From a virus, in the IMG/VR virus record IMGVR_UViG_3300036760_001167, positions 32,001-96,000 of that record: a DNA stretch of 64,000 nt. The stretch is one strand, 5' to 3'. This document shows, one piece after another, positions 29,495-39,264 of the stretch. The notes under the pieces were generated by a model. It worked only from the letters and a program-made list of their open reading frames with translations. It was not told the DNA's origin and did not search any database. Both the position numbers and the translations under genes were made by a program. Position 1 is the first letter of the stretch. Each line of letters begins with the position of its first letter.

Positions 29495-30442
29495 TCATCG
29501 CTTCTCCAGGAGTTGGTAGCGCTCAAGCGGGTCGGACTCCTCGAACTCCTCAGCCAGCACGTACTCCACGTCGCTGCCGTCGTCGAAGAGCGGGCAGACA
29601 GTAAAGAACTGGCAGTCCCAGCGGCACGTCGTCGTCGGGTTCGGCGGGACCAGCGAGTGGTGGTCCTCGCCGTCCTCCAGCCGCGCCTCCAGCTCCTGCA
29701 TCTCGCGGCCGATCCCGACGAAGTGCTTCCAGTGCGAGCGGAGCTGCTCGCGGTTGTGCTGGACCTCGACGCGCTCGTAGAACGGCGGGTTGGCCCGCGC
29801 GGTGCGCTTCACCTTGCGCAGCATGTTCAGCACCGCGCCCACGACCTTCGGGTTCTTCACGCCCTTCGCGATCTCCTCCAGCAGGAGGATGAGCTCGTAC
29901 GTCAGGAGCTGGCGGTCCATGCGCGCGATCGCCGGCAGGTCGGTGAAGTTGCCCACCGTCTTGTGCTCGAGGATCGCCTTCCACTTGTCGCGCATCACGA
30001 CGAGCCCGTCCATCTTCGCGCGCAGCGTGATCTCCGCGCGCCACAACACGCCCTCGTCGGCGGGCGCGAGCACGACCTCCGCCTCGCGCTCCGGCTCGAC
30101 GGCCGCGAGCTGGTAGTCCTTGCCCGTCTCCTCGAGGTCGGCGAGGTAGCCCTCGACCATGATCGACGCGAGGTCCTCGTCTTTGTAGATCTCCTCCGCG
30201 TGGTCCGGGTGCAGCGCCGCCATCGCCTCCGCGAACTCGCGCACGTGCGCCGCCGGGTCCTCGAGCCGGCCCGCGTACCACTCGGCGAGCGCGTCGTGGA
30301 CCATGTTCCCGACGTCGCTCGGCGAGTTGTACTCCGCGGGCCTGGCGAGGCGGCGGACGTAGCGCAGCCACCACCGGCGCTTGCACCTCTGGTAGTCCTT
30401 CACCGTCGACTGGGTCAGGACGAGCGGCTCGCCGACGGTCAC
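29495..30442 (-). CDS. PD-(D/E)XK exonuclease (RecB/Cas4-like)
   Basis: QSTVKDYQRCKRRW, GNMVHDALA, AKMD, LEHKT, QLLTY, C..C..F..C. Confidence 0.88.
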   Translation of the reverse strand: MTVGEPLVLTQSTVKDYQRCKRRWWLRYVRRLARPAEYNSPSDVGNMVHDALAEWYAGRLEDPAAHVREFAEAMAALHPDHAEEIYKDEDLASIMVEGYLADLEETGKDYQLAAVEPEREAEVVLAPADEGVLWRAEITLRAKMDGLVVMRDKWKAILEHKTVGNFTDLPAIARMDRQLLTYELILLLEEIAKGVKNPKVVGAVLNMLRKVKRTARANPPFYERVEVQHNREQLRSHWKHFVGIGREMQELEARLEDGEDHHSLVPPNPTTTCRWDCQFFTVCPLFDDGSDVEYVLAEEFEESDPLERYQLLEKR

Positions 30443-30761
30443 GCGTCCGCCAGTCCGAGCATGCGGGCGGACGGGTCCTCGATCTCCTCGAGCTGCTCCT
30501 CGTTGGAGCGCGGGTCGTCGAAGTCGAAGTCCTCGCACGGGTTCCGCGGGTACGCGGGCTCGAAGTCCAGCCCGAGCACCGGCCCGCAGTCGAGGATCTC
30601 CAGGTGCGGAAGCGGGGCGGTCGTCGGCCCGACGTCGAACAGCTCGAGCCGCGCGACGCCGTGCTCCGGCAGCAGCGCCAGCTCCTCGGCGTCGGTGACG
30701 TTCGCGGCGGGCGCGTCCTCGCCGTCCCCTCGGCCGTGCCGCCCCGCGTAGATGATCTCGC

Positions 30762-30860
30762 TCATCCCTCGTCCTCGTCCATCGCGTCCACGTCGTCCGG
30801 GATCATCTCGTCGACCGACTCGATGTCCTCGATGTCGACCTCCTCGATGTCGCTGTCCAC
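30762..30860 (-). CDS. 32-aa highly acidic peptide
   Basis: GTG after AGGAGG; MDSDIEEVDIEDIESVDEMIPDDVDAMDEDEG; ATGA overlap with the next gene. Confidence 0.5.
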   Translation of the reverse strand: MDSDIEEVDIEDIESVDEMIPDDVDAMDEDEG

Positions 30861-30947
30861 GCCGATCCTCCTGAGCTCCCGTGCACCACGCGCTCGATCT
30901 CGCCGCGCGTCAGGTCGGTCTTCGGGCCGTTCTCGTCGTCGCCGTCG

Positions 30948-31613
30948 TCAGAACCCCGCCCGCTCGTTGTAGGTCGCCTCCCCGCACGCGCACGTCCAGA
31001 GGATCACGCCGCTCGGCAGCCGCTGGCTCGTCGCGCCGTCCTGGTAGGAGAAGGAGTGCCTGTGCGCGTGGCGCGCGGCCTCGTCCATGTCGTCAAGCGT
31101 CGCGGCGACCGCGCGCGACTCCGCGTCCTTCTCCAGCGCCTCGAACCGCTGCGCGCCCGCGGGCGTCAGGACCGCGCCGCCCTCGGCCATGACGACGAAC
31201 ATGCCCTCCGGCACCGCGTCGTCGGCGGCAACCGCCCGCCGCAGCGCGTCGACGTTCGAGACGAGCTCCGCGTCGAGCCGCTCCTCGAGGTCCATGCCGC
31301 ACATGACGTTCCACACGACGGCGGCGCCGTGGTCCTCCGTGACGTCGCTCCCCTCGCCGTCGAGCTCGCGCTCGCCGGAGAGCCACGCGATCAGGTGCCT
31401 GAACGCGCAGTCCTGGAACTCCAGCAGCTCCCCGCGCGTCTCGGCCTTGCGCCAGTTGTCCGCGCCGTACGCCTCCGCCCCGGCGGTGTAGTGGTCGGCG
31501 ACGCGGCGGAGCGAGGTGCGCGGGATGAGCGTGTACCGCGGCTTGCCCGCCGCGCTGTCCCTGTGGAACCCTGACGGGAACTCTCGCATGCTGCCGGAGC
31601 CCTGGATCGTCAC
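30948..31613 (-). CDS. dATP/dGTP diphosphohydrolase (DUF5664-like)
   Basis: REFPSGFHRDSAAGKPRYTLIP..GAEAYGADNWRK..AFRHL..EDHGAAVVWN. Confidence 0.85.
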   Translation of the reverse strand: MTIQGSGSMREFPSGFHRDSAAGKPRYTLIPRTSLRRVADHYTAGAEAYGADNWRKAETRGELLEFQDCAFRHLIAWLSGERELDGEGSDVTEDHGAAVVWNVMCGMDLEERLDAELVSNVDALRRAVAADDAVPEGMFVVMAEGGAVLTPAGAQRFEALEKDAESRAVAATLDDMDEAARHAHRHSFSYQDGATSQRLPSGVILWTCACGEATYNERAGF

Positions 31614-31691
31614 GCCTTGACCCTCCCTGGTCGCCCTCGCTGCTTATCTTACCCCGGCCGGGCGCGGTCCCGCCTCTTCCGCCGCAGTGTC

Positions 31692-32171
31692 TCAGGGCGG
31701 CGAGGCCCACGGTCCCCAGCCGCCGCGTCGGACCATGAACGCGGCGACCCAGACGTTCAGGTACGGGTCGAAGACGTTGCTCCTCCACCGCGTCGCGAAG
31801 TCGCGCAGGTACGGCGCGATCCAGCTCCTCGGCATGTACTCGCGGAGCCGCCCGAGCCAGTAGTCCATCTGGTGCTGGAAGACGCCCGCGCTCCCGCTCG
31901 GGTTGTACGCGGACGGGCAGTAGTGCGACTCCCGGTCCGCGACGTGCTCCGCGTACGGGACCGACTCTCCGATCCACGCGAACGCGCAGTCCACCAGGTT
32001 CTCCGTGTGCCGCTGCCTGGTCGCGAGCGGCGTCGCGCCGTCGTCGTTCTCCCCGTTGTGCCAGCCGCTGCACGGGCCCCGCCAGGGTCCGCGCTCCGCG
32101 GCGCTCGCTTGGTTCGCCTGGCCCGCGGCGAGAGTCGCCGCGACCAGCACTGCGGTCAGGAACTTCCTCAT
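31692..32171 (-). CDS. Secreted lytic transglycosylase (SLT/Rpf-like)
   Basis: Signal peptide ending ASA; ADRES..P.AYNPSGSAGVFQ..W..DPYLN..GWGPW. Confidence 0.8.
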   Translation of the reverse strand: MRKFLTAVLVAATLAAGQANQASAAERGPWRGPCSGWHNGENDDGATPLATRQRHTENLVDCAFAWIGESVPYAEHVADRESHYCPSAYNPSGSAGVFQHQMDYWLGRLREYMPRSWIAPYLRDFATRWRSNVFDPYLNVWVAAFMVRRGGWGPWASPP

Positions 32172-32801
32172 GGCTTCGCACCTCGCTTCGTCGTTGGCGG
32201 CCCGGCTTGGGCCGTTCGGCTACGCGGTCTGTCTGAGAGGCCTCACCTCCTAGGGTCGGGCGGTCTGGCTTACCTTCGCGACGCGGCGGCGCGCTTGTTC
32301 TTCGCGCGCCTCCTAGAGACGGAGCGCACGCGCGCGGGGACGTTCCGCGCGGGCGTGTCCGGGAACGCGTCGTGGACCTTGCGGCTCAGGCGGCGCGCCT
32401 TCATGGCGCCGCCCTGGGCCTTGAACGTCAGCGTCTTGGGCCACCTCACGCGGCGCTCCTGTGCCTGCGCTCCGCGCGGCGCTGCGCCCTGGCCTCCGAC
32501 TCGGCGCGGCCCTCGGCCTGCCGCACGAGGTGCGTCGTCGACCTGGCCGTCAGCTCGGTCCGGCTCCGCTTGCGGATCTTCCGCGCGCGGCGCGGCAGCA
32601 TCGCGCGCGCCATCTCCCGCGACGCGGCCCGGTTCGGCCGGAGCTCCGCGCGGATCTGCGCGCGCACCTCGTCCGCCCTCTTGCGGCGGAGCTTTCGGGA
32701 CAGGCCCGAGAGCCTGTTCTCCGCGACCTCGTTCCTCGCCTTGTCGCGCTCCTCCTCGGCCCGCTTCGCGAGCCGCCTGGCGTTCTGCTTCCCCGCGCTG
32801 C

Positions 32802-33251
32802 TCATGCCCTCACCTCCAGGTCCAGGTTCCCGTCCACGATCTGCCGGAAGAACTCGGCCGCCAGGTCGCGGTTGTCCGCGTCGTTCCACCAGAGGTTCAC
32901 TCCGCTCGGGTGCGGGCACACCGCCACCCAGCGCTCGCGGTGCCGGCGCCACTCCAGGTACTCGTACCGCGCGCGGGGCAGCCCGAACGCCGCGGCGACG
33001 CGCGTCCCGATCAGGACCAGGTGGACGCGCCGCGGGACTCGCCGGAGCAGCCGCTCCGCGGCGGGCCGCGCGAGCTCGAGCGGGAACGCGGAGCCCTTGC
33101 CGCTCGGGCCAGGCCACTCCTTCAGCAGGTTGGTTCGCGCGATCTCCCGCGCGCCGAGCTGTGCGAGGCGGCCGCCGGTGAACGTCGTGTTGGCGCGCTT
33201 CCCCTGGCCCCGGCGGTTCGGGGCCTCGCCCACGATCAGGAGCTCGGTCAC
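32802..33251 (-). CDS. Uracil-DNA glycosylase superfamily protein
   Basis: LIVGEAP, TNL, LIGTRVA, PHPSGVN.WWN. Confidence 0.75.
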   Translation of the reverse strand: MTELLIVGEAPNRRGQGKRANTTFTGGRLAQLGAREIARTNLLKEWPGPSGKGSAFPLELARPAAERLLRRVPRRVHLVLIGTRVAAAFGLPRARYEYLEWRRHRERWVAVCPHPSGVNLWWNDADNRDLAAEFFRQIVDGNLDLEVRA

Positions 33252-33492
33252 GTCGCTCGGACCTCCAGCGCCTCGCGCTCGCGCCGGTGCGCCGCGGTGT
33301 GCCGCTCGATCGCGCCGGCGCGGCTCAGGAACAGCACGAGCTCGGCGCGGTGGTGTCGGTCCATGTGGTCGTGCTGCTCGATCCTGGTCGCCTCGTCCGC
33401 GAACCACTCCGCATGCGGGAGCGGCGCCCTCGTGCCCATCGGCTTGCCCCTGGCCATCAGTCCTCCTCCGTTGGTCCGGTGAAGCGGCGAGA

Positions 33493-35499
33493 TCACGCCG
33501 GTGCCGGGGCGACCTCGCAGGCGTCGGTGGTGCAGTAGAGCTCCTCGGACTCCGCGCCGTCGTGCCCGCGCAGCGCGCCCCATCGTACCGGCCGGAGCGC
33601 CTCGGTGCGCGCCCTGAAGTCCTCGCGGCTCGACGGCTCGACCGGCATCTGCGCGTAGACGCCCTCGCGGTCTGGCATCAGCGACATCGACTTGACGAGC
33701 GGCGCGAACAGCGAGAGCACGTTCCCCACGTGCTTCGCCTCGTCCGGCTGGAAGGTCAGCGTGTTCGACACGGCGTTGTCCGCCCAGCACCTCTGGAGCA
33801 TCGCGACGATGGCGGCCTGCTCGTACAGCGGGACGCGCTTGACCGACCGCGTGCGGCCGGCGCCGTAGGAGAGCGGGAACGAGAAGACCGCGGTGTCCGG
33901 CGTCGCGACGTCGGGCTCCCACGGCACGCCCGACTCGCGGAGCAGCTCCGCGACCTGCGACTGGTCTCCCATCCGCACGCGGCGGACTACGTACGCGTCC
34001 AGCGGGAAGTGCATCCCCGCCGACACGCCGGCGAGCAGCGACACCGTCCCGGAGGGCTTCACCGTGGTCACGCGCACCGACTCCGCGACGCCCGCCTCCG
34101 CGGCGAGCCGGCGGTTCTCCGCGCGCACGGCGTCGTAGCCGCGGTTCAGCGCGCCGAACACGGTCGAGACCGAGGTCGCGTCCAGCCAGTCCGCGACGCC
34201 CGAGACCGAGACGCCGATCCGCCGGTTCCTGCTCGTCACCGCGTTGGTCGCGGCCGAGTGGGAGCGCAGCAGCGCGACGGTCGACGCGTAGAACGTCGCG
34301 AGCTCGAAGATTCGCGGGAGGTCCTCCGGGCAGTGGGTCGGGAAGACCTCGACCAGGTTGCAGAGCTCCATCGACTCGAGCGGGATCTCGCCGCACGGGT
34401 TGACCGCGACCGCGCGGTCCGGCATGCGGTCGCCGGTCCGGCCGTACTTGCGGATGTTGAGCATGTTGACGATGCCGGGCTCTCCGTTGTCCCGCACGCG
34501 GTCCGCGAGCGCGCCGAGCGCGTCGAAGTCCGCGCTCTCGCGGAGCGCCACGGAGTTGTTGGACAGCCCGCCGATCTCGAGCCGCTCCGGGTACAGGTCG
34601 TAGTTCTTGAGGTTGAGGAACTCCTCGTCGTGCGGCGAGCCGACCGCGAGCTCGGCCGACCTGCGGATGTTGCCGGCGACGACGCAGCGGCCGATCTCGT
34701 TCATCACGTCCGCGATCGTCCGCGTGCTCGACGCCTTCCCGCTCGCCGCGCGCCACAGGTGGGAGCGCAGCCTCTCGTGGAGCTCGACGAGCGGCGCCCT
34801 CCCGGCGGAGATCCCGCCGAACCCCCGGAGCGGCGCGCCGGCCGGCCTGATCGCGGAGTAGTCGAACTCGACGGGCCTGCCACCGCGCTCGTACGTGCGG
34901 ACCAGCAGCCGCACCGACTCGGCCCAGCCCTCGCGCGAGTCCGGGACGCGGAAGACCTCCGGGTCCGACGCCGAGGGCATGGCGAAGCGCAGCGCGGCGG
35001 TGTGCGTGGTGAAGCCGACGCCGACCCCGCACATCAGCGAGTCCATCAGCCAGTGCGCCGCGTCGGCCAGCGAGTCCGTCACCTCGACGGCACCGCAGTT
35101 GTTCAGCGCGTGCGAGCCGCGGTCGTAGACGTAGTCCGTCCCCATCACCCAGAGGCCGCGGCCCGGCGGCAGCAGCTTCATGTCGAACACCGCGCCGGCG
35201 AGCTCCTCCGCGAGCGCGTCCATGCGCGCCGCGTCCCACCTGCGGCCGACCACGTTGACGAGCCAGTCCTTCCTGATCGACAGGACTCCCTCGACGACGC
35301 GGGCCACCGTGTCGGCCCAGCCCTCCTGCCCGCCGCCCTCCATCTGGCGGGAGTAGGTGCGGTAGTAGACGGCCTCCGAGAGACCGCCGAACCCCCACCT
35401 GACCGGCCTCCCCCTGAGCTCCTCGACGACGTGCTTCGGCAGGTGGTAGCGGGCTTCGACGATCACTGGCGCGGCTCCTTCACAGACGGATGTGCCCAT
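33493..35499 (-). CDS. nrdJ: Class II (B12-dependent) ribonucleotide reductase
   Basis: YYRTYSR, PPGRGLWVMGT, LNNC, GVGVGF, VVAGNIRRSAE, NPCGEIPLE..LCNL, TTVKPSGTVS. Confidence 0.95.
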   Translation of the reverse strand: MGTSVCEGAAPVIVEARYHLPKHVVEELRGRPVRWGFGGLSEAVYYRTYSRQMEGGGQEGWADTVARVVEGVLSIRKDWLVNVVGRRWDAARMDALAEELAGAVFDMKLLPPGRGLWVMGTDYVYDRGSHALNNCGAVEVTDSLADAAHWLMDSLMCGVGVGFTTHTAALRFAMPSASDPEVFRVPDSREGWAESVRLLVRTYERGGRPVEFDYSAIRPAGAPLRGFGGISAGRAPLVELHERLRSHLWRAASGKASSTRTIADVMNEIGRCVVAGNIRRSAELAVGSPHDEEFLNLKNYDLYPERLEIGGLSNNSVALRESADFDALGALADRVRDNGEPGIVNMLNIRKYGRTGDRMPDRAVAVNPCGEIPLESMELCNLVEVFPTHCPEDLPRIFELATFYASTVALLRSHSAATNAVTSRNRRIGVSVSGVADWLDATSVSTVFGALNRGYDAVRAENRRLAAEAGVAESVRVTTVKPSGTVSLLAGVSAGMHFPLDAYVVRRVRMGDQSQVAELLRESGVPWEPDVATPDTAVFSFPLSYGAGRTRSVKRVPLYEQAAIVAMLQRCWADNAVSNTLTFQPDEAKHVGNVLSLFAPLVKSMSLMPDREGVYAQMPVEPSSREDFRARTEALRPVRWGALRGHDGAESEELYCTTDACEVAPAPA

Positions 35500-35500
35500 C

Positions 35501-35944
35501 TTACCCCCTGCGGAAATCTTCTCCCGAACGCGCTGCGCCGGTTGCCAGGAGCGGCGACACCACCTCGATTACGCCGACGCCGCCGAGCTGCCCGAGGCAC
35601 TCCTCGCACGGCGCCCGCGTGCAGTACGCCACGGCCCCGCGGGCGCGGGACCCGCGGCGCCTGAGCTGCTCGGCCGCGTTCGCCTCGGCATGCGCCGTCC
35701 GGACGCACTTCCCGCCGACGAGCTCGCAGCCCACGTCGAGGCAGTGCGGCTCGCCCGGCGCCGAGCCGTTGTAGCCGGTCGCCACCACCATCTTGTCCCT
35801 CACGACGACGCAGCCGACCTGCCGCTTCAGGCACGTCGAGCGCGTCGCGGCGGCCCCCGCGAGCAGCATGAAGTACTCGTCCCACGTCGGCCTGACGCGG
35901 CGCTCCAGGAGGATCGCGCGCGGCTCAGCAGGTGCAGGGGGCAT
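35501..35944 (-). CDS. dCMP deaminase
   Basis: RPTWDEYFM, RSTC..QVG, ATGYNG, HAEANA, PCEEC. Confidence 0.93.
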   Translation of the reverse strand: MPPAPAEPRAILLERRVRPTWDEYFMLLAGAAATRSTCLKRQVGCVVVRDKMVVATGYNGSAPGEPHCLDVGCELVGGKCVRTAHAEANAAEQLRRRGSRARGAVAYCTRAPCEECLGQLGGVGVIEVVSPLLATGAARSGEDFRRG

Positions 35945-36151
35945 GCGACTCCTCGCCGCAGGCGCACGTCCACACGTGGTCGAGGTGGCCCTGCTTGAAC
36001 TGCCAGTCGTGGCCGTGGAGGCTGCCCTGCTCGAACTGGACCGTGCCGCGCGCCGGGCGGGCGGACTCCTCGTGCACGCGCTCCTCGAAGCCCCATCTGC
36101 TCTCCTGTCCGTCTAGGCCTGTCGCCAGGAAGTGCACCTGCGCCGTTGCCA

Positions 36152-37882
36152 TCACGCCTCCCCCAGCAGTTCCGCGAGCAGGCTTGCGTCGCGGTTGATC
36201 TCCTCGGCGAGGTCGGCCTTCTCGCCGAGCCTGCCCTGCACCTGCTCCTCGATGGTGTCCTTCGCGATCACGTCGATGATGTGGACCGCCGACTTGTCGG
36301 AGATCCCGCGCGCCTCCGCCTGGCGCTGCTTCTTCCGCGAGTAGGACCGCATCAGGAAGACCTCGGTGTTCGCGCGCGAGAGCGTGACGCCCTCGGCGAT
36401 CGTCGAGAGGATGAGCTGCCCGTCGCCCTGCTGGAACGCGCGCACCGCGTCGTCCTGCCGCTCCGCGTCGTCGCCGACCAGGAACAGGTGGTCGACCTTC
36501 GCCCTGTCCAGCCGCGCGCCGGCGAGCTCGATCAGCTTCCGCGACTCCGAGTAGACGATCGCCGGCTCGCCCGAGAGCTCCTCGACCACGTCCATCAGCG
36601 CGTCGATCTTCGAGCTGGGCTCCGTCATCTGGACCTCGCCGTCCGCGTCGAGCGAGCACGTCGCCGCGGCGAACTGCCGCAGCCTCGTCGTCTGGACCAG
36701 CGGGTTGGCGGCGATGATCCCGTTCGCGATCATCTCCTTGCGCATCGACTCGTAGGCCTTGCGCTGCTTCGGGGCCAGCTCGACGGTCCGCGTCTCGTAC
36801 GTCGGCTCGTCCCAGCCGAGCGACGCGCGCGTGCGGCGCGCGAAGCGCGGGTCTAGGAAGCCGAACAGCTCGTCCTGCGTGTCGGGCCGCACGCCGATCG
36901 GCTCGTTGAACCCGCTGAAGTAGTTCATCGCCATCAGCGCGTACCGGTCCAGGTGCGCGGTCTTCGACGGGTACTCGGCCGGCGCGACGAAGTGGCCGAG
37001 CGCCCAGATGTCCTCGATCGGCACCTCGTCGGCCGGCGTCCCCGTCAGCGCCCAGCGGACCTCCGCGTCCTTGGCCGCGGCCCAGAGCGCGCGGGTCTGC
37101 TTCGACCGCGGCTGCGCCGCGCGGTGCGCCTCGTCCGCGATCACGACGGACCACGGGACCGCGTTGAGCTCCTTCGGGACCTTCTCCTTCGGCTCGACCC
37201 GGACGGAGGACCCGAACGCCTCGAGCCGCGTGTGGTAGCGCAGCGCCTCCCAGTTGATGACCGCGGCGTCGTACTCGCCGGCGCCCGCGGCCTCGATCGC
37301 CCGCGCCCGCCGCGTCGGCGTGCCTGTGACGACGACGGCGCTCATGTCCGCCCACTCCCGGAGGTGGCGCGCCCACTCGAACTTGACGCTGTTCGGGCAG
37401 ACGACGAGCACGGGCCCGACCCCGCGCTCCGCGGCGTGGTCGCGGCGGAGCAGCGCCAGCGCCGCGGACGCGGTCACGGTCTTCCCGAGCCTCATCTCCA
37501 GGCCCAGGATCGCGGAGCCCGCCACCGTCAGGAACATCGCGTCGGCCCGCTGGTCCGGCCGGAGCCTCTCCGACAGGTCGCCGAACCCGCGCGGCAGCCG
37601 CGCGTCGTCCGCGCCGCGGAGCTCGAGCGCCGGCATCACGCGCCCGTCCCGCTCCGCCACCGACCACGCGGCGAGCTCCGGCCCGACCTCGAGCCGGTCC
37701 CCGAACACGCCGCGCAGGCCGAGGCACGCCGCCCAGGTGCAGGGGAACTGGAAGTGGTCGCCGTCGCCGTGCCTGTCGGCGCGCGTGTGGAAGTGCGCGC
37801 CCGGGACCTGCTGGACCAGGTGCAGCTCGCGCGGCCGGATCCGCACGACGATGTCGCCCCCGACAAGCTCCGCCGTCGCCAT
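36152..37882 (-). CDS. SNF2-family helicase
   Basis: EMRLGKT, IADEAHR, LTGTP; C-terminal EGVTL..A..QAEAR. Confidence 0.9.
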   Translation of the reverse strand: MATAELVGGDIVVRIRPRELHLVQQVPGAHFHTRADRHGDGDHFQFPCTWAACLGLRGVFGDRLEVGPELAAWSVAERDGRVMPALELRGADDARLPRGFGDLSERLRPDQRADAMFLTVAGSAILGLEMRLGKTVTASAALALLRRDHAAERGVGPVLVVCPNSVKFEWARHLREWADMSAVVVTGTPTRRARAIEAAGAGEYDAAVINWEALRYHTRLEAFGSSVRVEPKEKVPKELNAVPWSVVIADEAHRAAQPRSKQTRALWAAAKDAEVRWALTGTPADEVPIEDIWALGHFVAPAEYPSKTAHLDRYALMAMNYFSGFNEPIGVRPDTQDELFGFLDPRFARRTRASLGWDEPTYETRTVELAPKQRKAYESMRKEMIANGIIAANPLVQTTRLRQFAAATCSLDADGEVQMTEPSSKIDALMDVVEELSGEPAIVYSESRKLIELAGARLDRAKVDHLFLVGDDAERQDDAVRAFQQGDGQLILSTIAEGVTLSRANTEVFLMRSYSRKKQRQAEARGISDKSAVHIIDVIAKDTIEEQVQGRLGEKADLAEEINRDASLLAELLGEA

Positions 37883-38291
37883 CAGGTCGCCTCCGGGAAC
37901 TCGTGCATCGACGCGGCCTGCGCGGCGCCGTCGACCTCGTGCCAGTAGAAGTCGCAGGGCGCGTACGTCTGCTCCCGGCCGGCAGCGGGGCCGGACCACT
38001 CGTAGCGCGCGGTGAGCAGGCGGACCGCGCGCTCGGTCGACCCGCAGCGGTTGCACTTCAGGCCCCACCACTCCTTCGCCATCGCGGACGCCATGTAGTG
38101 CGCGATGCCGTAGCCGCGGCCCGGGTACGTGTACGTGTGGCTCTCGCCCGCGGTGTTGCCGATGCGGATCCGGAGCCGGCGCTTGCCGCGGTGCGTCTCG
38201 CTGAAGACCTCGACCGAGCTCGTCGGCTCGCCGTCCTCGGAGACGTCGACGCCGAGCACGTCGATGCTGCCGCCGGGTGACGTGAACGACC

Positions 38292-38756
38292 TCACGACTC
38301 GTCCCCGGGCGTGATCGCCTCGAGCTGCGCGGGCGTAAGCATCTCCTCGTCCGACAGGAACTTCAGCATGTGCCGCGCGGCCGCGTTCATGTGCCCGCCC
38401 CTCGACGGCCTGTACCACCCGAGCCTGCGCAGCTTCCAGTCCGTGCCGAACTTCATGTCCGACGGCTGCTGGAGGCGGAACGTCACGTCGTGCTGGAACG
38501 TCGCGAGGTAGCGGAGCGCGCCGATCGACTCGAGCGACCAGTTCTCGCCGCGCGTCAGCCGCAGCGTCCGCGCGGAGATGTTGTACGCCTCGACGACGAG
38601 GTGCGAGATCGACAGCTTGTCCAGCCCGCCCTCGACGATCGAGACGGCCTCCCAGCACGGGCGCTCCCACGACGAGAAGTCCCGGTCGTCCGGGTAGTAG
38701 ACTGCGACCCCGGTGATCTTGCCCGGGTCCACGGCGACGACGGCGAGCCTAGACAC
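38292..38756 (-). CDS. RuvC-like Holliday junction resolvase
   Basis: VVAVDPGKITGVA, LVVE, IGAL, HMNAAARH. Confidence 0.75.
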   Translation of the reverse strand: MSRLAVVAVDPGKITGVAVYYPDDRDFSSWERPCWEAVSIVEGGLDKLSISHLVVEAYNISARTLRLTRGENWSLESIGALRYLATFQHDVTFRLQQPSDMKFGTDWKLRRLGWYRPSRGGHMNAAARHMLKFLSDEEMLTPAQLEAITPGDES

Positions 38757-39264
38757 CGAGCTTCCGCAGCTCCCTCCGCGCCGCGCGCCTCGTCTTCTTG
38801 GAGAGCCCCGGGTCGCCGTAGGCCACGCGGTACAGCAGCGCGGTCCTGCTGGTCTTGAGCTCGTCCAGCACCTCGCGCAGCCCGTCCAGGCCGACGACCT
38901 CGACGCCGACCCTGACCGTCGCGGTCCCGGCCGCGGGGGCCGGCTCCCTCGGGTGGCGCTGCACGTCGCGCCACGCGTCGCGCTTGATCTGCGCGCCGAG
39001 GTCCTTCACCGCGCGGCCGAGCGCCAGCCTGAGTCCCAGGTGCGGGTCCCGCGCGTCGCGCTGGTCGCACACGCTCGCGCCCGCCGCGACGTACTCCCGC
39101 GCCTCCGCGGTGCCGTCCGCGTCGACCGGCCGGTTCACCTGGCAGGAGACCACCACGGTGGTCACCCCGCCGACTCGCGTCGCGTCCTGGATCTGGATCA
39201 GCGCGGGCGGCTCGTTCAGGACCGTCGCCCTGCCAACCGAGTCCGAGTACTCGTTAGTCGCCAT
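38749..39264 (-). CDS. Hypothetical protein with dsRBD-fold (DUF1876-like) segment
   Basis: GASVCDQRDARDPHLGLRLALGRAVKDL pattern. Confidence 0.5.
   Translation of the reverse strand: MATNEYSDSVGRATVLNEPPALIQIQDATRVGGVTTVVVSCQVNRPVDADGTAEAREYVAAGASVCDQRDARDPHLGLRLALGRAVKDLGAQIKRDAWRDVQRHPREPAPAAGTATVRVGVEVVGLDGLREVLDELKTSRTALLYRVAYGDPGLSKKTRRAARRELRKLGV

Noticed and set aside
29495-30442. Cas4 as evidence of a CRISPR system
   Set aside because: It lies in a Sak4-SSB recombination module typical of phages; no array or other cas genes.
32172-32270. c-di-AMP (ydaO) riboswitch ahead of the transglycosylase
   Set aside because: The context is suggestive but the conserved ydaO sequence blocks are absent.
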